The notes below the pieces were generated by a model. The model saw only the letters and a list, made by a program, of their open reading frames with translations. It searched no databases and was not told where the DNA came from. Positions 41,470-51,163 of a stretch of 64,000 nucleotides of DNA are shown here, one piece after another; within the stretch, counting starts at the first letter, position 1; each line of letters starts with the position of its first letter. The stretch lies in assembly GCA_963662405.2 (NCBI GenBank), contig CAXXKT010000001.1, forward strand, positions 2,624,001 through 2,688,000. The letters are read 5' to 3'. Source of the stretch: Syntrophales bacterium (lineage in GTDB: Bacteria > Desulfobacterota > Syntrophia > Syntrophales > UBA2210). The translations under genes were made by a program, and so were the position numbers.

Positions 41470-41982
41470 ATGTCAAGTAAAAAGTTAACAAAAGGGCAAG
41501 TTCAGGAGATCGTTGATCGAGCTTTAATCGAATTTGACCTGAAAAATGAGCGCGGACTAGCTGATATTCTTGAGATTTCCGAGCAGAACAAGACAAAGAG
41601 AAAAAACAGCGGCTCAATCGTTGGCTTGATTGAAAGGCAAGCTTACCGAAAAGGAAAAGATGTGTCTTTCATCCTCCACGGAATCAGACAGTCACCCTCG
41701 GCTCCTCAAAATGATCTCGATCCCGATCAGCACACATCTCCCGATGTTCCGAAGCTGCTGGCACAAACAACCAAAGTATTGTTATCGAAATCAGAATTTT
41801 CCAAAGCACTTGAAACAAATATTGTCGCATTTGCTCATGCTATTGATGCCATTGAAGACCTAGAGAAGACAAAAACGGATGTGCGCAATTTGACGCTACG
41901 CGTTTCTCAGGTCGAAAAACTACTTCTGGAAAGACAGGAGGATTGTGAGGAGAACGAAACCACTGGCGGTCAACCACAATAG
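41470..41982 (+). CDS. CI-like repressor
   Basis: N-terminal HTH (LADILEIS), divergent from cro-like gene. Confidence 0.6.
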   Translation: MSSKKLTKGQVQEIVDRALIEFDLKNERGLADILEISEQNKTKRKNSGSIVGLIERQAYRKGKDVSFILHGIRQSPSAPQNDLDPDQHTSPDVPKLLAQTTKVLLSKSEFSKALETNIVAFAHAIDAIEDLEKTKTDVRNLTLRVSQVEKLLLERQEDCEENETTGGQPQ

Positions 41983-41987
41983 CTGTA

Positions 41988-42794
41988 TTGTGTATCATCC
42001 GTTTCATATCATTTAATCCTTACGAAAGGACAGGACTGTTGGGAAGGGGAATATTAAAATATTTTGGCCTAGCAGTGAGCATCATCATAGCAACTATCGC
42101 CATCATAGCAATAGGTGGTAGCGTTCATGTTCATTACCAAAAATCAATGATTCTCAGGCAAAACTATGCTGAGTTAAAACGTCACTATGCTGACAACAAC
42201 ACACAGGAATTCATCAAAGCGCTCACCTTCTTCCAGAGCAGAAACAAGCTCGACTATAAAGACGTGATACAGCTCAAACAAAATGTTGAAAGCAACCTTA
42301 ATCAAAAGATATCCACTCTCACAGAAAAAGACACACGTAAGAAAATAAACATTTACATTCAATTGTCACAGCTTGATCCCAGCAACAAAGCCTACTCCTC
42401 TATGGAAAGATATTTTCAGGCGGAACTGGCAAGACAAAATGCAGAAAAGGCACGGATGTTACAAAGGAAAGAGGAGATTGAGAGATCAAAAATCACCAAT
42501 GATCTCAAAAGATATTGGGATCTCTTGGAACAGTTGAAAGTAATTCCAACGTTAGTGAGAAAAATAGAAGGTGAGTCTGTTGGTGGTCAGGTAATAATTA
42601 CCGTTACCAACCCTTGGCACTACAAACCATACCAAGTCCGTCTACAAATGGCGCAGGGTCTTTGGGAAAAATGGGCCGGGATTCATTCGCCATCTAATCG
42701 AGATCGATCAAGGATAAAAATAGTTGATCTTCGTGGCAACGATGTTGGGGGGTCTGGTTGGCTGGGAGGATCATTGATAAAAGTAAAAGAATGA
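41988..42794 (+). CDS. Membrane-anchored lysogeny-module protein (start uncertain)
   Basis: Single TM then helical domain; between repressor and integrase. Confidence 0.6.
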   Translation: MCIIRFISFNPYERTGLLGRGILKYFGLAVSIIIATIAIIAIGGSVHVHYQKSMILRQNYAELKRHYADNNTQEFIKALTFFQSRNKLDYKDVIQLKQNVESNLNQKISTLTEKDTRKKINIYIQLSQLDPSNKAYSSMERYFQAELARQNAEKARMLQRKEEIERSKITNDLKRYWDLLEQLKVIPTLVRKIEGESVGGQVIITVTNPWHYKPYQVRLQMAQGLWEKWAGIHSPSNRDRSRIKIVDLRGNDVGGSGWLGGSLIKVKE

Positions 42795-42861
42795 AACAAA
42801 GGCCTGGGTCCGATTTGCTCAGAAATGAGTTGAGCGATTAGAGAATACAGGAAGGGTTACA

Positions 42862-43983
42862 ATGTCAGTCCGGCAAATTGCCGAAGATAAATACATCATC
42901 GATTATTACCCGGACGGCCGGAAGGGGAAACGGGTTAGGAAGGTCTACACGTTGCCATCCCGCGAAGTCGCGGAAGCGATAGAGCGAGACCTGGTATCCC
43001 TGAATAAAAATAGCAAAACCTCTCAATCAGCGGGTCAGGCTACCATCGACAGTTTGTTTCCGACTTACCTGAAATGGTGTGAACAGCACAAACGTGAAAC
43101 AACAGTCACCGACATTGAAAGTGTATATACAAATCACATATCCCGAGTTTTGGGGGCTGTGACCGTTGAAAAATTGAGGGTAGGGCACATCAATATATAC
43201 AAGCGAATGCGGGCCGGAGAGAAAGCAATCCGGGGCGGGAAAATCAAGGGCATAAAAAGAGCCACTATGGTTTCAAACCGCACGATAATGAAGGAACTCT
43301 CATATCTGGCCAGTTTTCTCAAGTGGTGTCGGCGGGATATGGAAATGGAGATCAAACCGCTCTATATCGAAAAGCTCCCTCATGCCCGGCCGAAACCAAT
43401 TGTTCTATCACCGGAGGAAGTAGGGTCGATCTTGGTAAACCTGACGCCACTCCCGCGCGCCGTGGTCATGCTCCTCTATACCATGGGGCTCCGATTGACC
43501 GAGGCCACCTGCCTACGGTGGGAGGATGTGGACTTTTCAAATAACGTGCTCCGGGTAGTTCAGAAGGGAGGGACATGGAAGATCCTCCCCATGAACAAGT
43601 GGGCTGTTTGCGCCTTGCAGGGACTCCCACGATTGGGTGACTGGGTTTTTTACAGCCCAAGAACAAAGACACACATCTATGATATACGGAAGCCACTTGA
43701 GTCGGCACGGAAGGCTGCCGGGATAGACAAGAAGGTGAACCACCACCTTTTTCGACATTCGATAGCGACGCACCTTATGGGACTCAATGTCCAGACTCGG
43801 CTTATTCAGGAATATCTTGGTCATGCTGAGATAGGATCAACAGATTGGTACATGCATGTCAACATGGCGATTCTCGCAGGCGCAACACGTGGAGCATTTG
43901 ATTTTCTGGACGGCATACCTGGGCTTGCGGGGATGCTGACTACACAAAGCTTAGTAATTTCTGATATTTCTGAAGCAAAATGA
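42862..43983 (+). CDS. int: Tyrosine integrase of element 1
   Basis: GLR, HLFRH, LGH, T..Y; ends 43 bp from att. Confidence 0.93.
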   Translation: MSVRQIAEDKYIIDYYPDGRKGKRVRKVYTLPSREVAEAIERDLVSLNKNSKTSQSAGQATIDSLFPTYLKWCEQHKRETTVTDIESVYTNHISRVLGAVTVEKLRVGHINIYKRMRAGEKAIRGGKIKGIKRATMVSNRTIMKELSYLASFLKWCRRDMEMEIKPLYIEKLPHARPKPIVLSPEEVGSILVNLTPLPRAVVMLLYTMGLRLTEATCLRWEDVDFSNNVLRVVQKGGTWKILPMNKWAVCALQGLPRLGDWVFYSPRTKTHIYDIRKPLESARKAAGIDKKVNHHLFRHSIATHLMGLNVQTRLIQEYLGHAEIGSTDWYMHVNMAILAGATRGAFDFLDGIPGLAGMLTTQSLVISDISEAK

Positions 43984-44026
43984 CTACAGACCGCAAAATA
44001 GAATAATAATATCATATGTTATCTGG

Positions 44027-44074
44027 GGACTTCTAATCCGTAGGTCCCGGGTTCGAATCCCTGCTGGCGTACCA
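44027..44074 (+). repeat. att core copy 2 (junction of elements 1 and 2)
   Basis: 3' 48 bp of tRNA-Arg. Confidence 0.95.
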
Positions 44075-44121
44075 ATAAAAATAAGGAGTTAGGCGAATTG
44101 CTTAGCTTCTTATTTTTTTCT

Positions 44122-44141
44122 GTGCTACCCTATTGCTACCC
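44122..44141 (+). repeat. Putative arm-type sites of element 2 (TGCTACCC x2)
   Basis: 20 bp identical to 63088-63107. Confidence 0.8.
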
Positions 44142-44575
44142 AAACAAAAAGGCTCCTGACCTTCAATAGTATCCCGGACTTTTTTAAGATACCCTTCCAG
44201 ACGATCAAGTTGCTCTTCCATAAAAGCAAGAATGCACAGGGTTCTATGCGTTCGCTCTAACGGTGAGGGGTCAAAGATTCCGAAGTTAAGATCATGAAGA
44301 GTACTCACCAAGGCCTTCACAGGTTCTACCCCCCCCACATCAAGGCTTCTTCGATCCCGTCGCTATCGACTTCCAACCTCTCCAGATCCAATGAATTGAC
44401 TTTCTTCTTGTTCATAACTCATACCTCCGCCGTCCAAAAATATACAGAAGTTGTTTGAACCGTTTCATGTGTCCTTTCTCTCCAAATCCCGGCTCCGGGA
44501 TCTTCTCAAAAATACCAGGATCAATCTCAACAGAAAGCAAAAAACTAGGTGCTTTTAGCCCTACCGTGGTTTTTC

Positions 44576-44815
44576 TTGACATAATATCTTCATGGGGTTA
44601 GTAGGTTATCAGTTTCGTGATTTGAGGAATATTAAATGTATTTTTGAACAGCTTTAGTGTGGGGGGATTATGGTCTGATCATCAAAGCCCTGTTTCTCAA
44701 ATTGAGAGATGGGGTTTTTATTTTTTGTCATTGGATAGATTGAAAAGTTAAAACGGCGAAACAAAATTAATACGGGATGTCCTTGGTTATTAGGATCCCA
44801 TAAACATTGTTGGGC
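44576..44815 (+). repeat. Module leader copy E ending in attI-like CCCATAA-ACATT-GTTGGGC
   Basis: TTGACA 44576, ATGGTCTGATCATCAAAGCCC hairpin; 7-5-7 site resembling attI1 CCCTAAA-ACAAA-GTT. Confidence 0.85.
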
Positions 44816-44831
44816 ATGGAAGAGAAGAATT

Positions 44832-45269
44832 ATGATTGAGCACATCTTAATGGCCTTCATGTGGGTGCTCATCCCGGCCACACTCATCGCCACCCTCGTT
44901 CAAAGCGTACCTTGGACGGACAGAATGAAGAAGAACCTCCTGATGTTCTGTTTCATCCACCCTGGTTGGCTTTTCCCCGTAATCTTCCTTTCGGCTATAC
45001 ATATCGGTGGCTACGCAAGAACGGAGATATCCCCCATTCCGTGGCGCTCATTTTCACATGAACTCATGCTACACGACTTCGGTTCGGCTTGCTTCTCCTT
45101 CGCCACCGTGTCGACTGTCTCGTTGTGGTGCTTCTGGACGGGGGCAAACGCGTGGTTTCTTCATCACCCACAGATGGACAAAACGAAGAGGGTTATGGCG
45201 CATGTAATCAACTTGCTCTTCGGGCTCATTGTGACACAACCCGATAACCCGATTTACAGAATACTATAA
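44832..45269 (+). CDS. Gene cassette: multi-TM membrane protein
   Basis: Four hydrophobic segments; bounded by GTTGGGC/GCCCAAC. Confidence 0.7.
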   Translation: MIEHILMAFMWVLIPATLIATLVQSVPWTDRMKKNLLMFCFIHPGWLFPVIFLSAIHIGGYARTEISPIPWRSFSHELMLHDFGSACFSFATVSTVSLWCFWTGANAWFLHHPQMDKTKRVMAHVINLLFGLIVTQPDNPIYRIL

Positions 45270-45271
45270 AT

Positions 45272-45330
45272 GCCCAACAACAGGCTTGACGGCACGCGAT
45301 AAACCGCGCCCGTCAACCTGAGCGTTAAAG
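45272..45330 (+). other. attC site
   Basis: GCCCAAC..CAGGCTTGACGGCACGCG..CGCGCCCGTCAACCTG..GTTAAAG. Confidence 0.88.
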
Positions 45331-45349
45331 CTATAAGGAACAAGATGAT

Positions 45350-46102
45350 ATGAAGAGTCTTGGAGAACTCAATTTCTTGGAATACTTGGGACATGAGGAG
45401 CGTAACCTATTGAGCAGCATTGTCAACTGGAAGTCGGAATTCGACCTATTTTTCAATCTGGACAGAATATTTCAAGAACCACTCCGACGAATAACTGTGT
45501 CTTCTGGACCAGTGATTGTTTCCCAATTGTATCTATTTGTTCACTTTTATCTTTACTTTTCGGCAAGTTGTCTCTTTCGATGCCATCTTTCGGAGGCCTT
45601 TTCCTCCTTGAGAAAGGCCATTGATGCTTCTCTCTGTGCCTATAAGATGATTCTAAACCCAGAGAGCGAGCGCGCCTATTTAGAGCGGGACAAGTATTTT
45701 CAGTATATTAAGTCGAACATTCAAAGAGAAATCAAGAAAGATACATCCCTCTACCCTCTCGCCCACGAACTGATCTCCATTCATGACATGTGCAGCGAGT
45801 ATGGGTCGCACTCTGACATTAGCTCGTTTTTTCATCGGCTGGAACGGAAAGAAACAGAAGACGAAAAGAGCAACATGATCTTACTGTACTATTTTCAGTT
45901 TCCGAGAAACGAGGAAGAATTTCGATTCTACTACCTTTCCATGCTTCAGGCCTTCTACTCCATGTTCCTAATCTTTAAGCCATTCCTAAACGAGAACCTG
46001 AAAATAATAGACCCAAAGTGGGAATCAACTATTGATCATCTTGGTCCTTTGCTCAACAAACTAAGGAAGGCAAGCTATGAGAAATTCGGGAAGAACCCCT
46101 AA
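45350..46102 (+). CDS. Gene cassette: helical protein, possibly divergent HEPN-like
   Basis: LRKAID and CSEYGSH motifs. Confidence 0.65.
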   Translation: MKSLGELNFLEYLGHEERNLLSSIVNWKSEFDLFFNLDRIFQEPLRRITVSSGPVIVSQLYLFVHFYLYFSASCLFRCHLSEAFSSLRKAIDASLCAYKMILNPESERAYLERDKYFQYIKSNIQREIKKDTSLYPLAHELISIHDMCSEYGSHSDISSFFHRLERKETEDEKSNMILLYYFQFPRNEEEFRFYYLSMLQAFYSMFLIFKPFLNENLKIIDPKWESTIDHLGPLLNKLRKASYEKFGKNP

Positions 46103-46164
46103 CCAGTCGTTCCACCGGATCGGCGGGGAAAAGCAATCGCCTCCCGGTGAGCTCTTTATTAGCA
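46097..46164 (+). other. attC site with mutated R' (ATT)
   Basis: CCCTAAC..CACCGG..CCGGTGA..ATTAGCA; next cassette ends TGCTAAC. Confidence 0.75.
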
Positions 46165-46183
46165 AATTTAATGGAGTAGCAAA

Positions 46184-46864
46184 ATGATATGCCCACACTG
46201 CAATTGCAACTTTTGGGAAGACTGGACTGATTCAGATACACTTGTTTGGAATGATGAGAACATAGGGCAAGGTATCCAACATACTGCTTGCCCAAATTGT
46301 AATAGGCTCATTGTTAAAGTATATGAAGGAAAGGTTAATGTTCATGGTGAAGTGTTTGAAATAAATGATGATGACGAGTTGCCAGTTGATTATAGCGAGT
46401 TTTTGGTTTATCCGAATCAATCCAAATTAGAGCTTCCTGAAGAAATCCCGGAAAAATATAAAGCGGATTATATTGAAGCCATGGCCGTTGTTGAAATTAG
46501 CCCAAAGGCATCAGCCGCAATCAGTCGGCGTCTTTTGCAGAACCTCTTACAAGATGAGTTGGGAATTAAAGGGACAAATCTTTCAAGGCAAATCGATACA
46601 TTTTTAGAAACGCCCAACATACCTTCCCATCTGTCTAAATCTGTTGATGCTATCAGAAATATAGGGAATTTTGCTGCGCATCCGAATAAAGAAACAAAAA
46701 CTGGGGAACTAATCAACGTTGAACCAGGCGAGGCCGATTGGTTGCTTGAAGTTCTCTTATCTCTATTTGATTTTCAATTTATTCAACCAAAGAGAATTGA
46801 AAAGAGACGGAATGATTTAAACACAAAGCTGAGAAGCATGGGAAAACCCGAAATGAAGGGATAG
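46184..46864 (+). CDS. Gene cassette: DUF4145 (HEPN) protein with Zn ribbon
   Basis: CPHC, CPNC, SPKASAAISRR, RNIGNFAAH. Confidence 0.85.
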   Translation: MICPHCNCNFWEDWTDSDTLVWNDENIGQGIQHTACPNCNRLIVKVYEGKVNVHGEVFEINDDDELPVDYSEFLVYPNQSKLELPEEIPEKYKADYIEAMAVVEISPKASAAISRRLLQNLLQDELGIKGTNLSRQIDTFLETPNIPSHLSKSVDAIRNIGNFAAHPNKETKTGELINVEPGEADWLLEVLLSLFDFQFIQPKRIEKRRNDLNTKLRSMGKPEMKG

Positions 46865-46868
46865 TTTT

Positions 46869-46964
46869 TGCTAACCTAGCACTTCAAAAGAAAGCGAGGG
46901 CGGGGCGACCGTGCAAAATTGAATATCTGTATCGCCCTGACTTCTGGTGAGTTTACTGTTCGCA
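46869..46964 (+). other. attC site (degenerate)
   Basis: TGCTAAC..GGGCG..CGCCC..GTTCGCA. Confidence 0.65.
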
Positions 46965-46980
46965 GGAAAAGGTAACAAAA

Positions 46981-47700
46981 ATGTCTAGATTTTTAACAAC
47001 ATTTAGAGAACTTGAAAAAATTATACATTCTGAATACGCTTCTTTAGATTTAAAATGCTGGGAAGAGTATGAAATAGATAAAAAACATCCGCTTACATTT
47101 TTTACTGAAGAGATAAGAGATATTAGTCCAATTAATCCTTTTAATTGGTATGAATTTATCACAGAAATTGAATTCCTAAGTAAAGATTTAAAGTATTATA
47201 CGACTATTCTCTTTCTTTTAAGACCTTTTATAAATAACCCTTTACGAGAAGATAAAACATACTATCAAACGATTGAAGATAACAGATACATGAGTTATGT
47301 TAGTATGCTTTATCAGATTATTTATAATTATTGGGATAGACTGGGTGATTTTTTATTTTACTTCATTGAAACAGGGCTGAAGGAAAGAAATGTGTATTTC
47401 TCCACCGTAATAACAAGTATTTCCGAGGATTTTAAAGAATCAGTTAATTACCAAAAATTGTTGAAAATATATGTTGAGTATCTGAAAGAGCTTTTTGACA
47501 ATAGAAAAAACATTGTACATTACTTACAAATATCTGCAAAAATGTTTTCTGGAACATTTCTTCATCATAACGATGAAAAGAAACTTCTTGAAATGGAAAA
47601 AGAGAAAAACGGATATCCTGATTTTTTTCAAAAACACTTGGAACTAAGTTTGGAAGGATTTGAGTATTCTGTTAAACTTGTCAGTGAGTCGAAGACGTAG
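46981..47700 (+). CDS. Gene cassette: Cthe_2314-like HEPN protein
   Basis: YNYWDRLG, RKNIVH. Confidence 0.7.
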   Translation: MSRFLTTFRELEKIIHSEYASLDLKCWEEYEIDKKHPLTFFTEEIRDISPINPFNWYEFITEIEFLSKDLKYYTTILFLLRPFINNPLREDKTYYQTIEDNRYMSYVSMLYQIIYNYWDRLGDFLFYFIETGLKERNVYFSTVITSISEDFKESVNYQKLLKIYVEYLKELFDNRKNIVHYLQISAKMFSGTFLHHNDEKKLLEMEKEKNGYPDFFQKHLELSLEGFEYSVKLVSESKT

Positions 47701-47712
47701 ATTTTGATTGCC

Positions 47713-47767
47713 TGCTAACCACAAAATTCGGGGGACGGATTCCCGCCCCTGATTTTAGGCGTTGCTG
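47713..47767 (+). other. attC site
   Basis: TGCTAAC..AAAATTCGGGGGACGG..CCGCCCCTGATTTT..GTTGCTG. Confidence 0.8.
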
Positions 47768-47806
47768 ATTACCAATTGATCTTGCCCCGAAAAAGTGGAC
47801 ACCCCA

Positions 47807-48655
47807 CTAAGTTACACACGCTTTTCGTTCAAACTCAGCGGGAGAGCAATAATTCAATGATGAATGTCTTCTAACGCAATTATAGAAAACTTCGATATAT
47901 TCGAATATGCTCCCGCGAGCTTCCTGTCTTGTCTGATACTTCTCAAAATAAACAAGCTCCGTCTTTAAGGTATGGAAAAACGATTCCATAAGAGCATTGT
48001 CGTAACAATTCCCCGAAGAGTTCATGCTCTGAATAAAACCATATTTCTCCATCAGCCCCTGAAAAGCATAGCTGGTATATTGAGTTCCACGATCTGAATG
48101 AAACATAACACCAGCTTTGGGTCGCCGCTGCCTGATCGCCTTGTGCAAGGCATCTGCAAGAATCTTATGACTCAATCTGTTATCCATCGACCATCCAATA
48201 ATCTTACGATTGAAAACATCCAGGATCGCTGCCAGATAAAGCCAACCCTCTCTCGTCCAAATAAGGGTAATATCAGAAACCCACACCTTGTTGGCCACAT
48301 CTGTCGAAAATCTCCGATTTAAAAGATTATCCGCCACTAAAAACTCATGCTTGGATTTTTTGGTGGCCTTGAACCTGCGTTTCGTCTTTGCCTTAATCCC
48401 ATGACTCTTCATCAGGTGAGCCACTCGTTTCCTGCTACACTTAATCCCGTGGGCCTGAAGTTCCGCTGTCACCCTCGGGCTACCATATGTGCCGCGACCC
48501 TTTATGAAAGCGTCCCGAATATACATCAGCAACCGCTCATTCTCTCTCTGGCGGTCACTCTTGCTGTGTTTCCCCCATATGTAATAACCGCTCCTGGATA
48601 CCCCCAGCACTCGGCACATCTTCTTCACCGAAAATTCGGAACGGTGATTTTCCAT
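47807..48655 (-). CDS. IS3 transposase OrfB (DDE)
   Basis: WVSDIT, HSDRGTQY, DNALMESFF. Confidence 0.92.
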   Translation of the reverse strand: MENHRSEFSVKKMCRVLGVSRSGYYIWGKHSKSDRQRENERLLMYIRDAFIKGRGTYGSPRVTAELQAHGIKCSRKRVAHLMKSHGIKAKTKRRFKATKKSKHEFLVADNLLNRRFSTDVANKVWVSDITLIWTREGWLYLAAILDVFNRKIIGWSMDNRLSHKILADALHKAIRQRRPKAGVMFHSDRGTQYTSYAFQGLMEKYGFIQSMNSSGNCYDNALMESFFHTLKTELVYFEKYQTRQEARGSIFEYIEVFYNCVRRHSSLNYCSPAEFERKACVT

Positions 48656-48666
48656 GAACTCATACT

Positions 48667-48972
48667 TTACTTTGGGTGTTTCGAGAAGATGGCCAACGCT
48701 TTTTTTAAGATTTCCCTCTCCTCCCTTAAGCTCTCATTCTCCCGCCGCAACCGACGAAGTTCCTCCTCAGGTGCCTTCAAATGACCTTTCCCGGGAAAAG
48801 CTTGCTCCATGTCCGCCCGATATTTACGCCTCCACTGATGAAGCAGGTTTTTATGAACATTCAAATCCTTAGCTAGATCACTTACAGAACGTTTACCTTC
48901 ATCCATTAACCGAATCGCCTCATACTTAAACTCCCGATCAAAATACCGCTTATCCTTCCCATTAACCATGAC
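48667..48972 (-). CDS. IS3 transposase OrfA
   Basis: EFKYEA HTH, EREILKKA. Confidence 0.88.
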   Translation of the reverse strand, partial: VMVNGKDKRYFDREFKYEAIRLMDEGKRSVSDLAKDLNVHKNLLHQWRRKYRADMEQAFPGKGHLKAPEEELRRLRRENESLREEREILKKALAIFSKHPK

Positions 48973-49591
48973 ATGCCTCCTCGTTACTCTATGTCTATAA
49001 GAGAAACTCTTCGGTATGTCCACTAAATCGGGGGAAGACCAAATAGTAATCTGCTACGAACAGGCCCATTCAAGTTTTGTTTGTTACAGGAAGAATCGCG
49101 CAGCAAAAGTATTTCTTGGACACTCCTACGGCGATCCTTCCACTCTTCACCTACAAACACTCAGAACAATGCCATAAGAAATTCATTGATTACTGATTGA
49201 AGGTTTCGCAGTGAAATCTCTTGACAATACGTCATCATAGAGTTACCTAAATCGTGGTTTTGATCTTGACATTTTTTATGCTTGTGCTGGCTGTACCAAT
49301 TAGGATTATGATCTGATCATTGAAAGCCCTGTTTCTCAAAAAGAGAGATGGGGCTTTTTTGTTTTTTTGGGCAACTTAGAAAATATCGGGGTTACGTGAA
49401 CGCGGAAAAGAGTATTACATAGTTTCTGTATAACACACCTCAATAAACGAAGGTTTTCATAATAATCTTTGTATTACAGTAAGTTGTAATGATTTTTTCC
49501 GCAATTGAAATATGTATTACGTAGCTGTTTCAGCTATGTTTGGTTTTTATACAGAAACAATATAAACACTGTTGCTGCATAAGGAGTGACC

Positions 49592-50479
49592 ATGAAAATC
49601 CCCGTAAGCATAGAACCCGATGAAGAAGGTTATATTGGAAGAGAATGTCCAGTTTGTAAGAAATATTTTAAAGTTAAATTCGGTACTGGGTTGCATGGAG
49701 TGACTGATTGCTATTGCCCATATTGTAATCATAAAGATTCGCAAGATAATTTTTGGACAAGACAACAGATTGAATATGCAAAATCGATAGCCCTTAATCA
49801 AGTCACCAGTGATCTCCTGAAGAGCCTAAAAAAGTTAGAGCGTAGACCAAAACCAAATCAACTTATTTCTATCGGTATAACTGTCAAAGGACAACCAACA
49901 CCGATTATTTACTATTCCGAAGAAGAACTAGAGCAGAAGGTCACGTGTAATCAGTGTACTTTAGAATATGCTATTTATGGAGCATTTGGTTATTGCCCTG
50001 ATTGTGGCATTCATAATTCAAAGCAAATTGTATCTGCAAACTTTGATCTCATATTAAGAATTTTGGCATTATCAGTTAATGCGGAAGGTGACATCAAATC
50101 AAAGTTAATCGAAAACTCTCTAGAAGATGCAGTATCAGCCTTCGACGGTTTTGGCCGTGAACATTACTCAAGTGCATACCCCCAAATATCATTTCAAAGT
50201 ATATCGTTTGCTCAGACAAAAATTCTAACTGATTCCCAGGTTGATATATCTTCTGGCTTGTCTCCAAAGGAATGGGATTTTGTAGTGGAGCAATTTCAGA
50301 AAAGGCACTTGATAGCACACAAAATGGGTATAATCGATGACGAGTTTATAAGAAAAACTGGAACATCATCTTCTTTGGTTGGTAGGAAGGTTTCAATTAC
50401 AGAAGAAGATGTCCGAAAATTTATTTCTTATTTGTTGGTCATAACAGATAATTTACTTACAGGTATTCCACGCAGCTAA
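49592..50479 (+). CDS. Gene cassette: multi-CxxC Zn protein with C-terminal HEPN-like motif
   Basis: Four CxxC pairs, RHLIAH. Confidence 0.7.
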   Translation: MKIPVSIEPDEEGYIGRECPVCKKYFKVKFGTGLHGVTDCYCPYCNHKDSQDNFWTRQQIEYAKSIALNQVTSDLLKSLKKLERRPKPNQLISIGITVKGQPTPIIYYSEEELEQKVTCNQCTLEYAIYGAFGYCPDCGIHNSKQIVSANFDLILRILALSVNAEGDIKSKLIENSLEDAVSAFDGFGREHYSSAYPQISFQSISFAQTKILTDSQVDISSGLSPKEWDFVVEQFQKRHLIAHKMGIIDDEFIRKTGTSSSLVGRKVSITEEDVRKFISYLLVITDNLLTGIPRS

Positions 50480-50532
50480 CAACAGCATCCAGACCGACGC
50501 GCTACGTGCGCGGCTGATGCTGAGCGTTCGGT
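50474..50532 (+). other. attC site
   Basis: AGCTAAC..CAGCATCCAG..CTGATGCTG..GTTCGGT. Confidence 0.88.
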
Positions 50533-50545
50533 TTAGATAAAAACT

Positions 50546-51103
50546 ATGCCTCTAAATCATACATCTCAGTTTTCTGAATTAACAGACAAGCAATTTAACC
50601 TAATTGGCAAAATTGTGGTTGAATGGGCCAATGTCGAATTTATGCAAAAACTAATATTAAGCAGGCTTCTATTTTCGGCGGAATTCATTAGTCGGACATA
50701 TACAGATCGAATGAGTGCCGTGAGGATTCAGGACGCAATAAAGGAATCCGTTGATCTTCATCGTCACAGATACTGCGGAGAGATCATAAGTGAAGACATA
50801 TTGTCTGAAATTGAAAAAGTGAATAATGAAGTTCATGATGCAAGAGCACATAGAAATAGATTCGCACACTTTTGCTGGACTCGTAACACAGATGAAGAAA
50901 TTTTTGGTACAAATTTTTCTGCAGGTTTACCAGGTAGCAAAAAATATAGAAAATCCGACATTGTTATAACGAACAAAGAGTTGGAACAGCTCTATAAGGA
51001 ATCATATAATTTGGTGGATAAAATCAATCAACTCATTGAGAAGCTTCCAGAGATTGAGGAAGATGATTTAACAAAAAGACCAAAAACCGAACAACGGCAT
51101 TAA
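50546..51103 (+). CDS. Gene cassette: HEPN-like protein
   Basis: IG..VV.WA.VE, RNRFAH. Confidence 0.7.
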   Translation: MPLNHTSQFSELTDKQFNLIGKIVVEWANVEFMQKLILSRLLFSAEFISRTYTDRMSAVRIQDAIKESVDLHRHRYCGEIISEDILSEIEKVNNEVHDARAHRNRFAHFCWTRNTDEEIFGTNFSAGLPGSKKYRKSDIVITNKELEQLYKESYNLVDKINQLIEKLPEIEEDDLTKRPKTEQRH

Positions 51104-51148
51104 GGGAGGCGGCACAAAAGCCGCCGCGCCTTATGCCGGGCGTTCGAC
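51086..51148 (+). other. attC site
   Basis: ACCGAAC..CGGCATTAAGG..CCTTATGCCG..GTTCGAC. Confidence 0.88.
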
Positions 51149-51163
51149 ACTATAGGAGAAACG

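Larger units (their letters stand above)
47777..49041 (-). mobile_element. IS3-family insertion sequence
   Basis: TIR TG(A/G)TCTT.CCCCGA...AGTGGACA, 3-bp DR AAT. Confidence 0.92.
47761..49577 (+). repeat. Module leader copy F (split by IS3), ending in attI-like AATATAA-ACACT-GTTGCTG
   Basis: GTTGCTGATTACC, TACAGGAAGAAT 49085, TTGACA 49221, hairpin 49323-49368, TTATACAGAAA 49547. Confidence 0.85.

Noticed and set aside
44027..44074. Additional tRNA-Arg genes at 44027 and 63235
   Set aside because: Only the 3' 48 bp are present; no D arm or 5' acceptor strand
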